A stretch of DNA of 63,956 bases, counting the filler, from Cladosporium halotolerans (Eukaryota): the NCBI RefSeq assembly GCF_011745625.1. It is 6 parts of 6 records of this genome, joined end to end, with 100 filler letters (N's around TTAATTAATTAA, not from the genome) between each part and the next. Parts side by side here need not be neighbours in the genome. Positions count along the whole stretch, not along the records: positions 34,362 to 45,414 come from NW_027191591.1; positions 45,515 to 56,217 come from NW_027191592.1; 4 more parts are not named here. One strand, given 5' to 3'. Shown here piece by piece: positions 35,645-48,305 of the stretch. A model generated the notes under the pieces. The model ran no database searches. It saw nothing but the letters and a program-made list of their open reading frames with translations, and was not told the origin of the DNA. Every line of letters begins with the position of its first letter. The stretch's first letter is position 1. The position numbers and the translations under genes were made by a program.

Positions 35645-38378
35645 TCAGCACCTACTCGAGATATTGGCTTTGTCGCAAATCGTGGAGGAAATTCTCGTCC
35701 AACAGAAGAAGATGATGGCTGTCTTTGCGCGGGAGTAGGTCTCGACTTGAGAACAACGCAGTAGCTGAAGCCATGCATCGTGAACTAAGGCTTACTTCAC
35801 CCGGATAGCGAGCAGTTGGGCAATGCGAAGGAGATGACTTATATGGCGATAATCATAAACTCTCCTCATGATACAAGGAGATAAAGGCGGACGGTAGCCG
35901 GATGGCTTAGAATGCAAGAATCCAATTCATCCAAATTGACGATCAACTCCGTCAGATATTCGGGTTTTAGGGTTAGGGGTTCACATTAGAGTGCTATGTA
36001 GGCTAGCAGACGCAAGAATAGCAAGCTACGTATATTGAAGGTCAGACTGCAGAGGGAGAGGCAAATCCATGCACGTCCCCTCTGACCGACTAAACCAGTC
36101 GGATCGGGCTGGGTACCGGATGAACCATTCCCCTTTCGTGTGCCGCCATGCCAGCAGAGGACAGATCACATATAGCCTTCGCGGGAACCCGACGATCCCA
36201 TCGATGATTCCCATGGTCCTTTCTGACGATACACCCACCGGGTGCATGCCCCATGGACAGACAGCGCTGGCCGGTATCCTGCCATCAGGTTTCACTCCCT
36301 CATCTGGATCAGACGTCGTTCGATCGAGTGGCAGCCGACTGTCTACGCCTGCGGTGGCACGAGACGACGTCTTCCCTAGCAAAGACCATCCCGCTAATCC
36401 AAGAATGTTGGTCCCAACCGATGGAACCTGCATTCAATGCCGCCAGGCGACACGGTTGCCTCAAGTGTAAGACCCGAGTTCCCGCCGGTTCGATCAAAAG
36501 CCAAGACCACCCAATCCAGAGCACGTTCGCCTTCCTTAACCCGGTCGACACCTCGCTTCCGGGGGAATGTGCGCGCCTCGTGATGATAGGTCGGACGCAC
36601 GCAGCACGCACGCCAACTCTCCCACCCTACTACGCGGCCACAGCCAGCCGAGTATGAACGAGTCTTGAAGTGAGAGTGCTGAATTCACAACACCACCCAA
36701 GAAAAAACCCCGCTCTAGAATGACAAACCCATGCCAGATATGCGAGGGGCTTATAAAGCCAAACGCTAACGAGGTACCACCCCGAGAGGATAGCCGTGCT
36801 CACCTCTGAGAGCATCCACCAGAAGAGTAGGCGCAAAAAGATCGAGCTAGAGTCCACTAGCACTCGAGCACGACGTCTGGAATCCACCAGCAACATCGTC
36901 ATCCACAAAAGCCACCTGGAGTCCACCAGCAACGGCTTTAGCAAGCGTCGTCCAGCCATGCCAGGAAACATAGTAATCGGGGTTTGACACTAATCACCAG
37001 ATGATCCGCACGCTGCGACAAATGCACTGCATGATCTGCATCGTGTCAAACGCTGATTAGCCCAATGAAACAGCAAGCGGTCTGGTCATGCGACAAAGAG
37101 AGATCTAATCGACACAATTCCGCGCGGATGCGCCTTATGTTGCAAAGCATTTGCAGGGTCGCATTTGGCCAGACCTGGCGACTCGAATCATGGTATCCTG
37201 CTTCAATTCCAAAGGGGCTTTGAACTGCTTCCGCGTTGCAGTCAACAGGCCGTCTCACGACATAACCCTCTCACATAACACCCATGCATTATGCATTGTG
37301 CTACTTCGCATGTTATTTGCAGGGCAGCAGAGACGTGCTGGCGAAACAAGAACCCGTAAACACTGTTACGCCTAACATGTCGCTGCAGCGTCACATTGCC
37401 ACGTCATACCAGGGGATACGTGCCGTCATTGAATGACTGTAGACACACATCACACACTTGCACTTTGCGTGAGTAGAAATTATGTCAACCGACAGTGCTC
37501 TCAATCATGGATACTTTACGTGTATCGGAGAGTGCAATATCGCCGATGGCTACCACCTCGGTATCGCCAAGACACTTTTCTATTTAAGTGGATTGCTTTA
37601 CCCACGGAGCAAGAACTGTTATGCTGCACCGTCAACTTTGTTCTTCAACGCAGAGGAGGAGATGCGCTTGACAAGATCACCGTAGAACGATACAAGAGAT
37701 TGAGCTCAAGCAAGTTTTGGAGTATTTGCCGCTACGCTCGATTCCTCAATCTAGAAGCGATCTCAAAAAAAGATCAGACGATGGCTGCAGGTTTGTCCAC
37801 TGGAAGCTCTTTGCGGCTTACGCGTTCGATAAAGCGCCTCGATGTATGCGGTGGCAGAACACCAGACCAATCATGAGTCTTCCGCTCTACTAATGCCTGA
37901 AGGAGAAAGCACAGCTCACAATCACCGGAGAGAGACACGATGGCCACTTGAGAATATAGCCGCCGCTACTACGAGCAACAGTTGTTGAAGTCGTGCTGTT
38001 GTACTTGATCTCGCTTCAAAGATGTGCTGACGTGCGCCCTCAATGCTTGAGCTTGCCTACGCATGTTGCCTGGCAGCGGGGAAGTTCAAACTATGCCGCT
38101 TGATCCATGACCTAGTGGCACTGCATATGGGCAAAGACGGATGTATCTGGTTGCCTAGAACCTGAACGAAGCAAGAACGTACAGCATCAGTAGTAAAGTG
38201 CTCTAGCACTAATTAGCTCAGTACGTCCGGTACAGGTCAGCACATGATGCAAGGACCTTGCCGACGTGGAACGTGATACTTTGATGACCAGACTGGATCA
38301 TCAGGCTTTAGTGTGATAATCGTCATTGTGGATTATCGCAGCATCAATCCACAATCTACGCGCATATGTGAAAGTCTA

Positions 38379-39098
38379 CTAGAGAGTACCAAACATTTTG
38401 TAGCCATCAAAATTGCCTTGCTCAAGGTTAGACAGCAGCCGGAAATCCTCGTTACGTAGGACTTTGCACTCTCTCTTGTGATCGAGTTCATTCCATCCTT
38501 TTGTTTGGCAATCCTTCGAAAGTCAACGGTGCATGACAAAGTGAGCTAGTGATACAAACCTTGCCACAATATGATGCGCCGCCACACTTTGCGCACTTCA
38601 TCTTTGCGTCTGTCGTGGAGCCACAGCCGTGACATGTTGTTTGTGCGTGTCTCTGGGCTTTCATGCTTCGCTCAAGGCGGCAGAAGCTGTCGATATCCAT
38701 TGGAAAGATCTGCTAGACTTAGTACGATGATAGGACGCGTTCTTCCGGCAATCAAATACCTGCAAAGTCTGTTTCTCTTCCTGACGAATTCCCATCGTTA
38801 GATCCAAAAATGCATGTCTGTGTGCGTACAAGATGGCAAAGGTATTGCCAGGAATGAGAAGATGTTGGGAATACTCAGTGCCACGACCTTCCGTGTGTAT
38901 CGCTATTTGGAATTGAGCTCCATTTCTGTCTCGAACGTTCAAACGAAGCCGTAGGAACGTGTCCACTCTGACAATCTCAGCTAAGAGGCACCAATGACGC
39001 CGCGGAGAATAGAACCATCCGTCCGAAGTCCGATAGAAATCCAGATTGATGTCATTCTCGTGAGGTAATTCTTCAAACGTGACGAAAAGATCTCCCAT
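38379..39098 (-). CDS. MYND-type zinc finger protein, 3 exons
   Basis: RHWCLLAEI N-terminal domain; CHGC..CAKC..YC..CQ..GW...HK.EC; two GT-AG introns. Confidence 0.85.
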
Positions 39099-39572
39099 GA
39101 TGACTGTGGCCGTCAAAGGCTTGCGAGGTTGCAAAATGCAATCGATTGGGTGCTCATGGCAGCTTGTTTTATGTTAGGCGAGATATGAGCACCTACACCA
39201 CTAGACCAAGCGACAAAGCGGCTACGGCGGCAATGATGATTTGAAATGGACATTGGTCTGCTGATGATCAGTCTGTGTGATCAGCTCTTGGTGCACCTTG
39301 TTGCTTCCATGGTCCCTGTGGCATCTGCTTATGCTGTTCGGCTCTGCCGGTCCACAAACCTAAAAGTAATAAAGGGGCAGCTCCTTGTGTGCAATGCGTG
39401 TCAGGCGTAAGCTTCCTGAACAAAATGCTGACGTATAGTACATAGACCTACATTCATTTGAATCTTGGCGTGAGACCTTTGATGTGAAAACACCGGATTG
39501 CCCTCCGGCAGCGGCATCCTGGAGCTGTGTGATGACTTTGTTATCCTGTATGACCTTCCGACGAAACGGAGT

Positions 39573-40016
39573 CTACAGAGTCTGCGCTTTTAGTCCTTCA
39601 CTAATTGATGGCAGTAAAGCGTGAGGGCGTGTAAAGCCTGCATCAGCAGACTCCGTTGAGAGGGCGTGATCGCATAACGGCCCGGTGCTTTGCTTTCGAC
39701 ATTCCTCGCATGGTCCTCCTTTACGGCGTACGCATTTTCGGTGCCGCGTGCGGCAGGAGCTACAGGCGCTGGTGGGCGGCGGAAGGACCGATATCGAGAT
39801 CAGGGTGGACTGTCCGGCGAAAATCAATACTTTACAGGCGACTAGTCCAGCATATTCTGGATTGACGTTGCTTGCGGAAAGCTTGTGAGCGCTATTCGGG
39901 CCCAGCAATGAATAGTGTACATGGAGTGGGTGGCGCTCAATCCCTTGCCTGTACGCCACACTTATACTATCCTGCTCGGAAGACAGCGACTGCCTTTGGA
40001 AGCGGGCGCATGACAT
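39573..40016 (-). CDS. Small ORF with a Zn(II)2Cys6 cluster
   Basis: ACSSCRTRHRKC-x7-CEEC-x8-C. Confidence 0.5.
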   Translation of the reverse strand: MSCARFQRQSLSSEQDSISVAYRQGIERHPLHVHYSLLGPNSAHKLSASNVNPEYAGLVACKVLIFAGQSTLISISVLPPPTSACSSCRTRHRKCVRRKGGPCEECRKQSTGPLCDHALSTESADAGFTRPHALLPSISEGLKAQTL

Positions 40017-40085
40017 TCACAGTCAATGGAACAAGCCCACAAGATTTTTGAATAGAAGTGAGGTGCCCGATGCTTTTGACAGCTT

Positions 40086-41392
40086 TTAATACTGGATGAT
40101 CTCGAGTTGGTTGGCTATCAGTAACTCAAGGTTCTTACTCAAAAGAGATAAACCCTCCGCTCGTTCCAATGCTTGACTATATTGGTATTGTTGTAGCTCG
40201 TCTTTACGCACTTCCAATGCTTCGGTATATTTGCGAGCTCTGAGCAAGCTGGCCTCAGCCCCTTCAAGCGAAGCTGCTTGGAAGTCAGCAGGACTCGAGA
40301 AGCTCCGTTTTGGCTGCCACAGACCTTTCAGCTTACTCTGGCAGTACGACGCATAAATTATGTCGGCAGTGAGACGTGCTCTCACAAGTTCTGGCAGCGT
40401 GGAGATCTCCATCATCTCGCTTGAGCCTACTTCGCAAGCCTCTCGTTCATCGTCTGTTAGAAGAATGAGTTAATCCTAACAAGATTCGTTCTGACCGCAG
40501 ATTTCATCGTACCTCACCAGTGAAAGACTCGTTCTCGAAAGCTGGTGCCACAATTTCAACCTTAAGACATCCCGAGCAGATTGCAGTGAGCTGAAAGCCG
40601 ATCGGAAGACGAAATTTCAGGCCAAAAAGACGACCAACTGTGCATGCAACCTGGATCTCTTGCGGAGAAACATTCTGCAGTACATCCTTTGGCGTGTACG
40701 CTTCACGCAGCTCGAGAACTTTGTTTGCCCACTCCCACTTAGAAGTCGCGTACGATTGCTGAAACTCGTCACGCAGCTCCAAGAGACCGGCATCGCTGTG
40801 CAGACACGACTTCTGATCTTCCGCGAATATCAAGAGCTCCCTGGGAGAGATATTCGCCGAAATAGAATCTCGAACTGCGGAGTCGTTCGAAATCTGCCAG
40901 GTTTTTGTCATGTATGGAGAATGCGTTGATAAGGTCGATGTCGCGAATGAAGGCACCCTCAGGCAAGCCATTCGTATCCACAACGAGAATATTGATGTCC
41001 CGGAAATCAGATCTGTCTCTAGTGTCCGCATGTCTGTAGAAGATGTATTGAATCGCGAACAGTAGAGAGCTTGTCCACGACATGAGATTGTCGTTTGCAA
41101 AACCCATCCACTTCAAGTGACCCCAAATGTTCTTTGCAGTATCTTGCGGTGTCGTACTCTCGGATACATCCTGTGTCGCTGAAGCCAACCCAGCGACAAA
41201 GTCTTTGGATTTGACCCAGTTTTTATTAGTGCTACCCTCAGAATGCCGAGTGAATACACGAAATAGATAGCGCGGGACAGGTGTCGACACCGCCCTTCGT
41301 TGCTGTAAAGAAACTTGATCCGATGGTGAGGGACGCGTATCTGCCAATCTAAGGGGTCGAAACCGTTCTTGCAAGCTGTCCATAGTGGTCAT
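40086..41392 (-). pseudogene. Fungal R-S-E ADP-ribosyltransferase-like domain protein, frameshifted near 40795
   Basis: PRYLFRV, LMSWTSSLLFA and FGEYLSQG. It continues in another frame (DAGLLEL...) and across a GTGAGG...CTAACAG intron to 40086. Confidence 0.65.
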
Positions 41393-41967
41393 CGTTTGAG
41401 CCAAGACAGGCAATTTGCTTGAGTAATGCCCGATCCGGGGGAAAGAAGGTCTAACACAGTAACGGGCGGCTTGGAACACAAGTGACTGTGGGGGACAAGA
41501 TCACCTGGTAATGAGCTAATCCGAAGGACAAAACACAATAACAAAGTCAGCCTACAATGCGGTATATGTAGGTAAGAGTTCATTTGGGCAAAGGTAACCC
41601 CAAATGCACCACCGCGAGTGGGTGCCCCAGATCTGCCTTTAGTGGAACCACGTCGTGTAGCCCGGCCAATCAGCAGCGGTGGGGAGCACGGAGAGCTTGC
41701 AGGCCTCACGCGTTAATGCAGCTCATAGTCGATAGGAATGCTGCAATTTGTCAATAGCGGATGCATGTGACAGTCGGGTTTTCGAGGATGCTTGCCATGC
41801 ACGTTGGTACGGGAGGCATCGCATTTGGCCGAAAGCGTCCATCGCCCCGGTGAAGCTTTCGACGAATGAGAACTCTCGCAGTCTCTCACACTAAATTTAC
41901 CATGCGTAACCGCATCCTCCTCCACATCCATTCTCAACTAATCAGAACCTGGCAACGCGAAAGCGGG

Positions 41968-42473
41968 CATATATTAACTGAAGCCTAGATTCACTTGTTT
42001 TTGCAAGAATTCAGCTTCACTTCATAAACGGCAGTTTGAAATTCAGCTTCATGAAGCGGATTTAATAATTGTCGCGATTGCCGTATTGGGACTAGCATCA
42101 GATCATCCCTGGCTGTATCGGCAGTAATTGTGAAAGGAAGTGAGCATTGTCGGGCTACGGGCCGCGAGTAGTGAGAGACCCTAGATCCAGGGTCCAGCCC
42201 GGTCGGAAGAGGCTCTCGCGGGACTCCAGTCCAGCCGCCCACTTAGAGGAGCTACCGATGATTGGAGGTTAACGAAATTGGGGCTGTTTCATCAGAAAAG
42301 CCGCGAATTTTCCGGCTCTTGGAGCTAACCCTTTTTACCCCAACCCTCATTTTGGAGGCTTCATGAAGCATGCTTCACTTCATCGATCGTGACTTCATAT
42401 TCACTAAGAACGCCAGACTTCAGCTTCAATTAGAATTCACTTCATGAAGCCTAAGGCTTCAATTTAATCTATG
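41968..42473. mobile_element. 506-bp non-autonomous hAT element (MITE; TGAAG/CTTCA repeats)
   Basis: Perfect 8-bp TSD AAAGCGGG (41960-41967, 42474-42481); TIRs CATATATTAACTGAAGCCT / AGGCTTCAATTTAATCTATG. Confidence 0.92.
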
Positions 42474-42867
42474 AAAGCGGGCTTACCTAGCGGGGGGAAT
42501 GTCGCAGGCCGAGGAACTTTGGGGATCCAAGTCGCAGATCGCACTATGCTCAAAAGCCCGGTCAACCAGACCGCGCGCCTAGACTAGATAACAATGAATC
42601 AACCCCCAAAATAATTCACTTCAACGAGAGGTCACCCTCTCGTGCAACATGTCTCGTGCCCATGCCATGCGTACATTCCAGACCGGAGCGTAAGCGGTGC
42701 TGATTGGCCAAAGAGCCACCCGCCGGACCCACCTCCCACCAGGACTGGTGGGAGGTGGGTTCTTACCCTGTGATCTCAACCAATCAAATCGAACGATCTC
42801 ACCAACCACAAAACATCATTGACACAACAGCGATACAAGACTCTACGCCTATATCTACGTAAAGCCA

Positions 42868-44647
42868 CTACATCCGGATATTCGAGTCCGGTAGGTCAGG
42901 CATATCCGTATCCTCCAGCCCCGAAAACCCGATGAAGTCTTCGATGGCATAATTGGCTCCCATGCCGTCGCTGGGCCGCGCGAGACCGCTCGGGTCGGCT
43001 GTCGGCGCCCTCCCGCCTTCACTGCACGAGAATTCGAGCTGCTGGCCGGGCGAGCAGGCACGGTATGCACGTCGCTCCAGCTCCAGCGGCCTCAGCTTTC
43101 GCGCGGCGTAGAAGGACGGATTCTCCATGCCATCGTAGTGATCCTCCACCCTGGCCGCGATCTCCTTCACATCCAGCCTGACCCTCGAGATCAGCCGAGT
43201 CCAGGCGGCGAAGATGGGGATGGGGACCTGCTGTTGGAGGTAGTCGACGCTCCCGGACGTGTCAATGAGGAGCAGAGCCCCAAGACCGAGATCTCGGGCG
43301 AAGATGTTCCAGCGTTTTCCGTCTTGGATGGTCTGATTGAAAGTCCTCCATTCGTGTGTGTACCCCTGATCCTTGACTTGCTTTTCGGTGGAGCTGTCGG
43401 GCAGGGCGTCGCGCTACTCGGGGCGGATCTCTCGGAATAGGGCGCGGAGTAGCATGCAGCGGTCATGTTGCGGCACGCTCGTCCAACAGGAGGGCTGCCC
43501 AGTGCGGAGGTTGGGGTAAGTCTCGTACTGTACTGAACGGAAAGCCTGATCGCTGCTCGCCGGTACTGGAAACGTACTTTCCAGCTATTCGTACTCGCCC
43601 CTGTGGCTTCCTTGAATTGGCGGTACGCCTCTGCAACCACGTCTCGCCGAGCAGGTTCGATGGCAGGCAGCGAGGCACGAGGAGTCGCCGTGGCGGGTCT
43701 TTCGAGACCGAACCCGTGTTGCCGTCGCCTCTCCCAGCCTTGCTCCTGGAATTCCCGCCATTCGTGAACGATGTCCTCATTCATAGTCCTGCGGGCGATC
43801 GCCAAACACCTCAAGAACGTCGGCTGGAGGAGCGGCTCCCGTTCCCGTAGCCTCGCCATGCCTTGCCGTGTGCTGGGATGATCCCACTGCCTTTCGGCCG
43901 TGTCTAAGTCGATGCGGAAGTGTCTGTATAGCTCGCACTCATCGTCGGTCCCGTTCAACAGGCGCGTTGCGTCTACGTCGTCCGCACCACCGGGAGGGGC
44001 CACATTCGAGCTCGCGGTCCGTGAGACGGTGTCCTCGATTCGGGGCGACGCTATTGACTGGGGAAGAGGTGCTATCACGGTAGGAGCCTCTGGGACGATC
44101 AGGCTATCTTCACCGTCGTCCACGGCAGGCTCTGCCGACGGTGTGCTGGGAGCGGAGGTGCGAAGAGAGAGAGAGAGAAGGCCCAAGGCGCCGATCTCCT
44201 CTGGGGAAGTCATCGGCGGAGGGTCATCGACTAGATCATGTCAATCGTGAACGGAACGGGCACGCAGATCAGAGACAGCAGGGTGCCGTCGGCAGGTGCC
44301 ACTCACCATCATCCGGTAAGGTTGGCCCGGTCTGGCGGTCCTCATCCGTGGCCGGTATTACGCCTCGTCACCCATCGAAGTATCAGAGTCATCCTGGACG
44401 CCGGTGGATGGCGATTCGACGGTTTCCGAGCCGCTCCGCTCAACTCCGCAACCGCTTCGTCCGAGATCGTGTCGGTCAGGACTCCCCTCTTCGTCTTGGT
44501 ACACCGAGGCGGAGGGGTGAGCTTCCGGGGCGGGCTGCTCCTGGTGGACCTCTTGGTCCTTCGCTTCTTCCGTTGTGGCGCAGATACCACCGCCTCCTCG
44601 TCGCCTCCGTCGCGGTCGTCTTAGCCGTCTTCGCTGCTGTCGTCCAT
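42868..44647 (-). pseudogene. GC-rich hypothetical gene with a disordered N-terminus and a G(K/R)RW..LG.G.LLL C-terminal motif; stops and frameshifts
   Basis: MDDSSEDG*..., the 340-aa ORF 43191-44213, then in a shifted frame RPE*R...GKRWNIFARDLGLGALLL, running to 42868. Confidence 0.55.
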
Positions 44648-45414
44648 CTCAAGCTCGCCGCCCGCATCCCGAGTCTGCGCTATGGCCGCGGGGTTTGGTC
44701 TGTGGACTGGCGTGGGCGGGCAGCTGCTCGTATGCACCCTAATTCACACTACACGCATCCAATCCACTCTGCCTGCCCACGGTGGATTCATCATACTCCT
44801 TTCGGCGCTAGCGTCTGGCTCTCGCATCCAGCGCGGCCTGTTTACTATAGCTCACAGATTCCTAGGCTGTGTTCCATATTGACTAATAACGTCGCTCGAA
44901 CGGTCGGCGGCGCAGCGTTGGCGATCTCTACCCGGGCCGATGAGGCTTAGTTAAAGCCGGCGCGTCCGCACGCATTGGTGCCGTGATCGTCTCAAAATCT
45001 CAAGACCCCTTGGAAATACAATCTGCTTTCGCCAAGGACTTGTTCGACTTGTGCCATAAAGTTTGGAATGAACTGGGTAGTGGCACTAGAGGGCCACTGT
45101 TGGTTTCTATTAGTCATCAAAAAAGCAGTGTGCACAAAATCGAGGCTGGGTAGAGAAGAGCGTATGATAAATATGCTGTCCATCAGGCGCAACACCTAGG
45201 CTGGAGCACGACCGAGAGACCAAGATGTAGCATAGGAGATTTACTAACTCATCGGGGCCACATAGAGTTGATGGAGTTATCTGAGTTGGAAGGGGACTAC
45301 GTTCACTGTCTAGCAAAATTGTCAACGCGAAATGTGTGTGGATGAAACAGAGGATCTAATAGAATCTCTCCAGCGGAAGGGCGATCAGAAGGGCGGTACT
45401 GGAGAAGTCGAAGC

Positions 45415-45514
45415 NNNNNNNNNNNNNNNNNNNNNNNNNNNNNNNNNNNNNNNNNNNNTTAATTAATTAANNNNNNNNNNNNNNNNNNNNNNNNNNNNNN
45501 NNNNNNNNNNNNNN
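45415..45514. other. Artificial contig linker
   Basis: N44-TTAATTAATTAA-N44. Confidence 0.97.
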
Positions 45515-45806
45515 TTCGCAGAACAGCGTACCCTGTCAAAGCTGCCTCGCGCGAACGTACGTCCAGCCGAGAGCGCCGCCTTTCAATTCCGCCCACGGGT
45601 TCAAGCATTTTTTTCGAAGAAGCGGAGCTGCGCGCGCTACGAACCAGGCGGGCATCTATCTTGTGTGCCGTCGATATGAGCACAGCATTACGACCACGCT
45701 GTAATCGATCAATCAGATTCAGCCACCCGATTTCCCTATCAACGACCATGTTTCCTCTGAGCGGCGTGTCTCAGCTCGTCTGCGGAAAGAGGATATCCCG
45801 AAGGGA

Positions 45807-46271
45807 ATGGTCGCCGTTGATGTCAGGAATCAAAGTCTAGATCGGTCTTTGTCTCCGCCAAACAAAGCTCAGTTGGCGCGCTGGAACGGAATCTATCGGA
45901 ACTGGGGTCTCTGTAAAGAGTTTCACCTCGTTGGATGTTGCCGATATGAGAGATGCAAGATCAAGCATGGATCGGCGAGTGAAGAAGCAAATTATCTGCT
46001 GGAGTATACCTCTCGGTCGACAGCCTGCCCTGGAGGTCGTGGATGCAGGTATGTGAAATGCGTGAAGGGCCATGTGTGTCAGAAGCGAGAGTGCGTGTCC
46101 AACGGAGGTACACAATTCTGTAAGCTGCCGAAGGAGGCACATGGAAATATCTCTGGGTCCTATCGATCTTTGGAGGGCGTTGGTAAGGCGGACGGAGCCG
46201 TCACCTTGGTGGCAGAGGGCTTGAAACCCTGGTCCGGTGGCAAAAAAAGGAGTGAACATCGTTCGTCATGA
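45807..46271 (+). CDS. C-terminal tandem CCCH zinc finger region of a fungal protein; 5' part decayed or cut by the contig edge
   Basis: CKEFHLVGCCRYERCKIKH, CPGGRGCRYVKCVKGH and CQKREC..C......H. Confidence 0.7.
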   Translation: MVAVDVRNQSLDRSLSPPNKAQLARWNGIYRNWGLCKEFHLVGCCRYERCKIKHGSASEEANYLLEYTSRSTACPGGRGCRYVKCVKGHVCQKRECVSNGGTQFCKLPKEAHGNISGSYRSLEGVGKADGAVTLVAEGLKPWSGGKKRSEHRSS

Positions 46272-46838
46272 CGAAGGGCAGGATAGTGGTGTTGCCTTGC
46301 CGCAGGAGGATCAAAGCAACTGTAGGAGTGACTAGAGCTCCCTGCGGGGGTTTGTTCTGCATGGTCCTTCTGCATGCATCAGACATAGTCGATTGTCAAC
46401 TGGTATCATTTCCGCGAGTATGCGATAGTAGTGGCTCCAGACTTACTATCATATCGTCTTAAATATTGCGATCCAAAGGTCTCTGCCAGAATGAACGAAT
46501 GAATGAATTTATTCCGCCCGGCGCTAAGCACCTAAAGGGCAACAGACTGTTTACGCTACGTACGTTGTGTTTCTCCCAATCATAAAGCCTAACAGAACCG
46601 AAAAATCACTCCTCTCTGGCGCTAGTTCTCATCCGATATGACACATGTTCTTCATTCGGACTCTTGTGGTTAGCGTTTGGCGGGTTTCCTTGAAGCTGTG
46701 TTTCCAAGTGTTCATCGTCCTATGTCCAGCGGATGAAGCGGGGCCTGCCGTGTGCACTAGGGTGCGTAGGGTTGGTGCGGTGCTTCTTCAGAGGGACGAT
46801 CTTGGCGACCTTCCACTGCCATGGCAACTCTCCCCAGT

Positions 46839-48305
46839 CTAAGACGTTTGGCATAGATGGCAAACACTCTCTTTGACCGCCGGCCATACTCGCCTCCACA
46901 CGTCGGCCGGGAGTCCGTCTTCCCCTGCTGCCTTACACGGTTTGGTCTTCGTGAGACAGCTCTCAATCTCTTCTTCCGTCAGCTGAGGCATGGTAACTGC
47001 TGTCCTCTGCGGTCTGTCCCCCTCCTCCTCTATATCCTCGGGCAATGGCGGAAAGAAGGTCGCGAGCAGCTGCTCAGCTTGCTCCGCAGTGTTCCTCGTG
47101 AGTGATCCATCCGCCTTTTGCAAGGGCGGGATTCTCGACCAACTAGACTCTTGGTCTGGCTGCAGATACCGCGTTGCCTTCCAGGTGTTGGCATCATCCG
47201 CCAGGAAGTCATCACAGTGCGTCCGTTGTTGTCTGTGTATAGCATCGTGGTACTCCTTAGACGCCGCTCGAGCCTGCTGTTCCAGCGTCGGAAATGCCTC
47301 TCCACCGCGTCGTTGAGCTCGAGCTCTATTCCTCCAGTATGTGAACACCCGCCGGAGCTTCGTCAGGTCCTGGGTCCACCATCGTTTCGCGTACGGGCAA
47401 GACTTTGCCTTGGGCGTCATCGCGAAGACTGCTTCTTGAACCGCATGCACCAGACGATCGGTTTGCTCCTGAACCGTGACACCCCGGCTTTGTTGCTGCA
47501 ATGTTCGAGCGATCCGTTCTCTGATCTCCTTCCACGGCGCATTCTTATACAGTAGGCGTGGCTCGACCATGTGCTCTGGGAGGTCGACATCGAATGTCGG
47601 CTCGATCGCACGGTGGTCAGACCCATGTTCTGTGTCGTGACTCTTGCACTTCATCACACTCGCCGCCAGCTCCTGTGACACTAGCATCAGATCAATCGTT
47701 GTCGCATACCTACTGTCCTGCCACGTTTTGGTACCTCGGGGCAGCAAGCTCTCGAGGCTCAACTCCCCCATGAAATCGATGATCGGGTCTGCCTCCCCTT
47801 GACGCTGCGGCAGCACTTCGTCTCCACCCCACAATTGGTCGTGGCGGTTGAAGTCCCCGGCAATGACCAAGTCGAGGCGCGGCCCACCGCGGCGTCCAGC
47901 CCTGCGGATTGCCTCACGGAGAAGATCCATCGTTTGAGACAGTGCTGACGCATTCGCGCCCTCGACATACACGGATGCCACCAGCACTGATCGATCTGGC
48001 AGACGCAGTAGCGCCACCGTGAGATCCGCTGACGGCACTTCTACTTGTTCGCATTCGATGTCTCTGCGCACCCAGAGCATGCTCCGGATCGCCCACCTCC
48101 CGTCATGCCTTCCGCTGGGTAGCATGGCCGTCCAACCTTGGTGGCCCATTGGGCTCGTCGTCAACTTCCCATCCATCTCCAAAACGTGTGGTTCGCTAAC
48201 CATCAACGCTGCGTACTCTTTCAAACTCACGTCATTCATCATGCTGTGCTGCACGTTGCGTTGCTTCTGCACATTCAGTTGCAAGAACCTCATCAACCTA
48301 GACAT
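46839..48305 (-). CDS. LINE ORF2 N-terminal part: APE endonuclease and linker
   Basis: FLQLNVQK, VSEP, SVYV, AGDFNRHD..WG, TTIDL, GSDHRAI; the ATG overlaps the last 8 nt of ORF1. Confidence 0.9.
   Translation of the reverse strand: MSRLMRFLQLNVQKQRNVQHSMMNDVSLKEYAALMVSEPHVLEMDGKLTTSPMGHQGWTAMLPSGRHDGRWAIRSMLWVRRDIECEQVEVPSADLTVALLRLPDRSVLVASVYVEGANASALSQTMDLLREAIRRAGRRGGPRLDLVIAGDFNRHDQLWGGDEVLPQRQGEADPIIDFMGELSLESLLPRGTKTWQDSRYATTIDLMLVSQELAASVMKCKSHDTEHGSDHRAIEPTFDVDLPEHMVEPRLLYKNAPWKEIRERIARTLQQQSRGVTVQEQTDRLVHAVQEAVFAMTPKAKSCPYAKRWWTQDLTKLRRVFTYWRNRARAQRRGGEAFPTLEQQARAASKEYHDAIHRQQRTHCDDFLADDANTWKATRYLQPDQESSWSRIPPLQKADGSLTRNTAEQAEQLLATFFPPLPEDIEEEGDRPQRTAVTMPQLTEEEIESCLTKTKPCKAAGEDGLPADVWRRVWPAVKESVCHLCQTS

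Noticed and set aside
35962..35980. Telomere-like TTAGGG tract (also about 14052-14066)
   Set aside because: Only about two units, internal to the contigs.
36030..36990. LTR-like segment with a TATA-like box and three 17-18-bp CTGGAGTCCACCAGCAAC repeats
   Set aside because: No matching inverted termini, TSD or second copy could be found.
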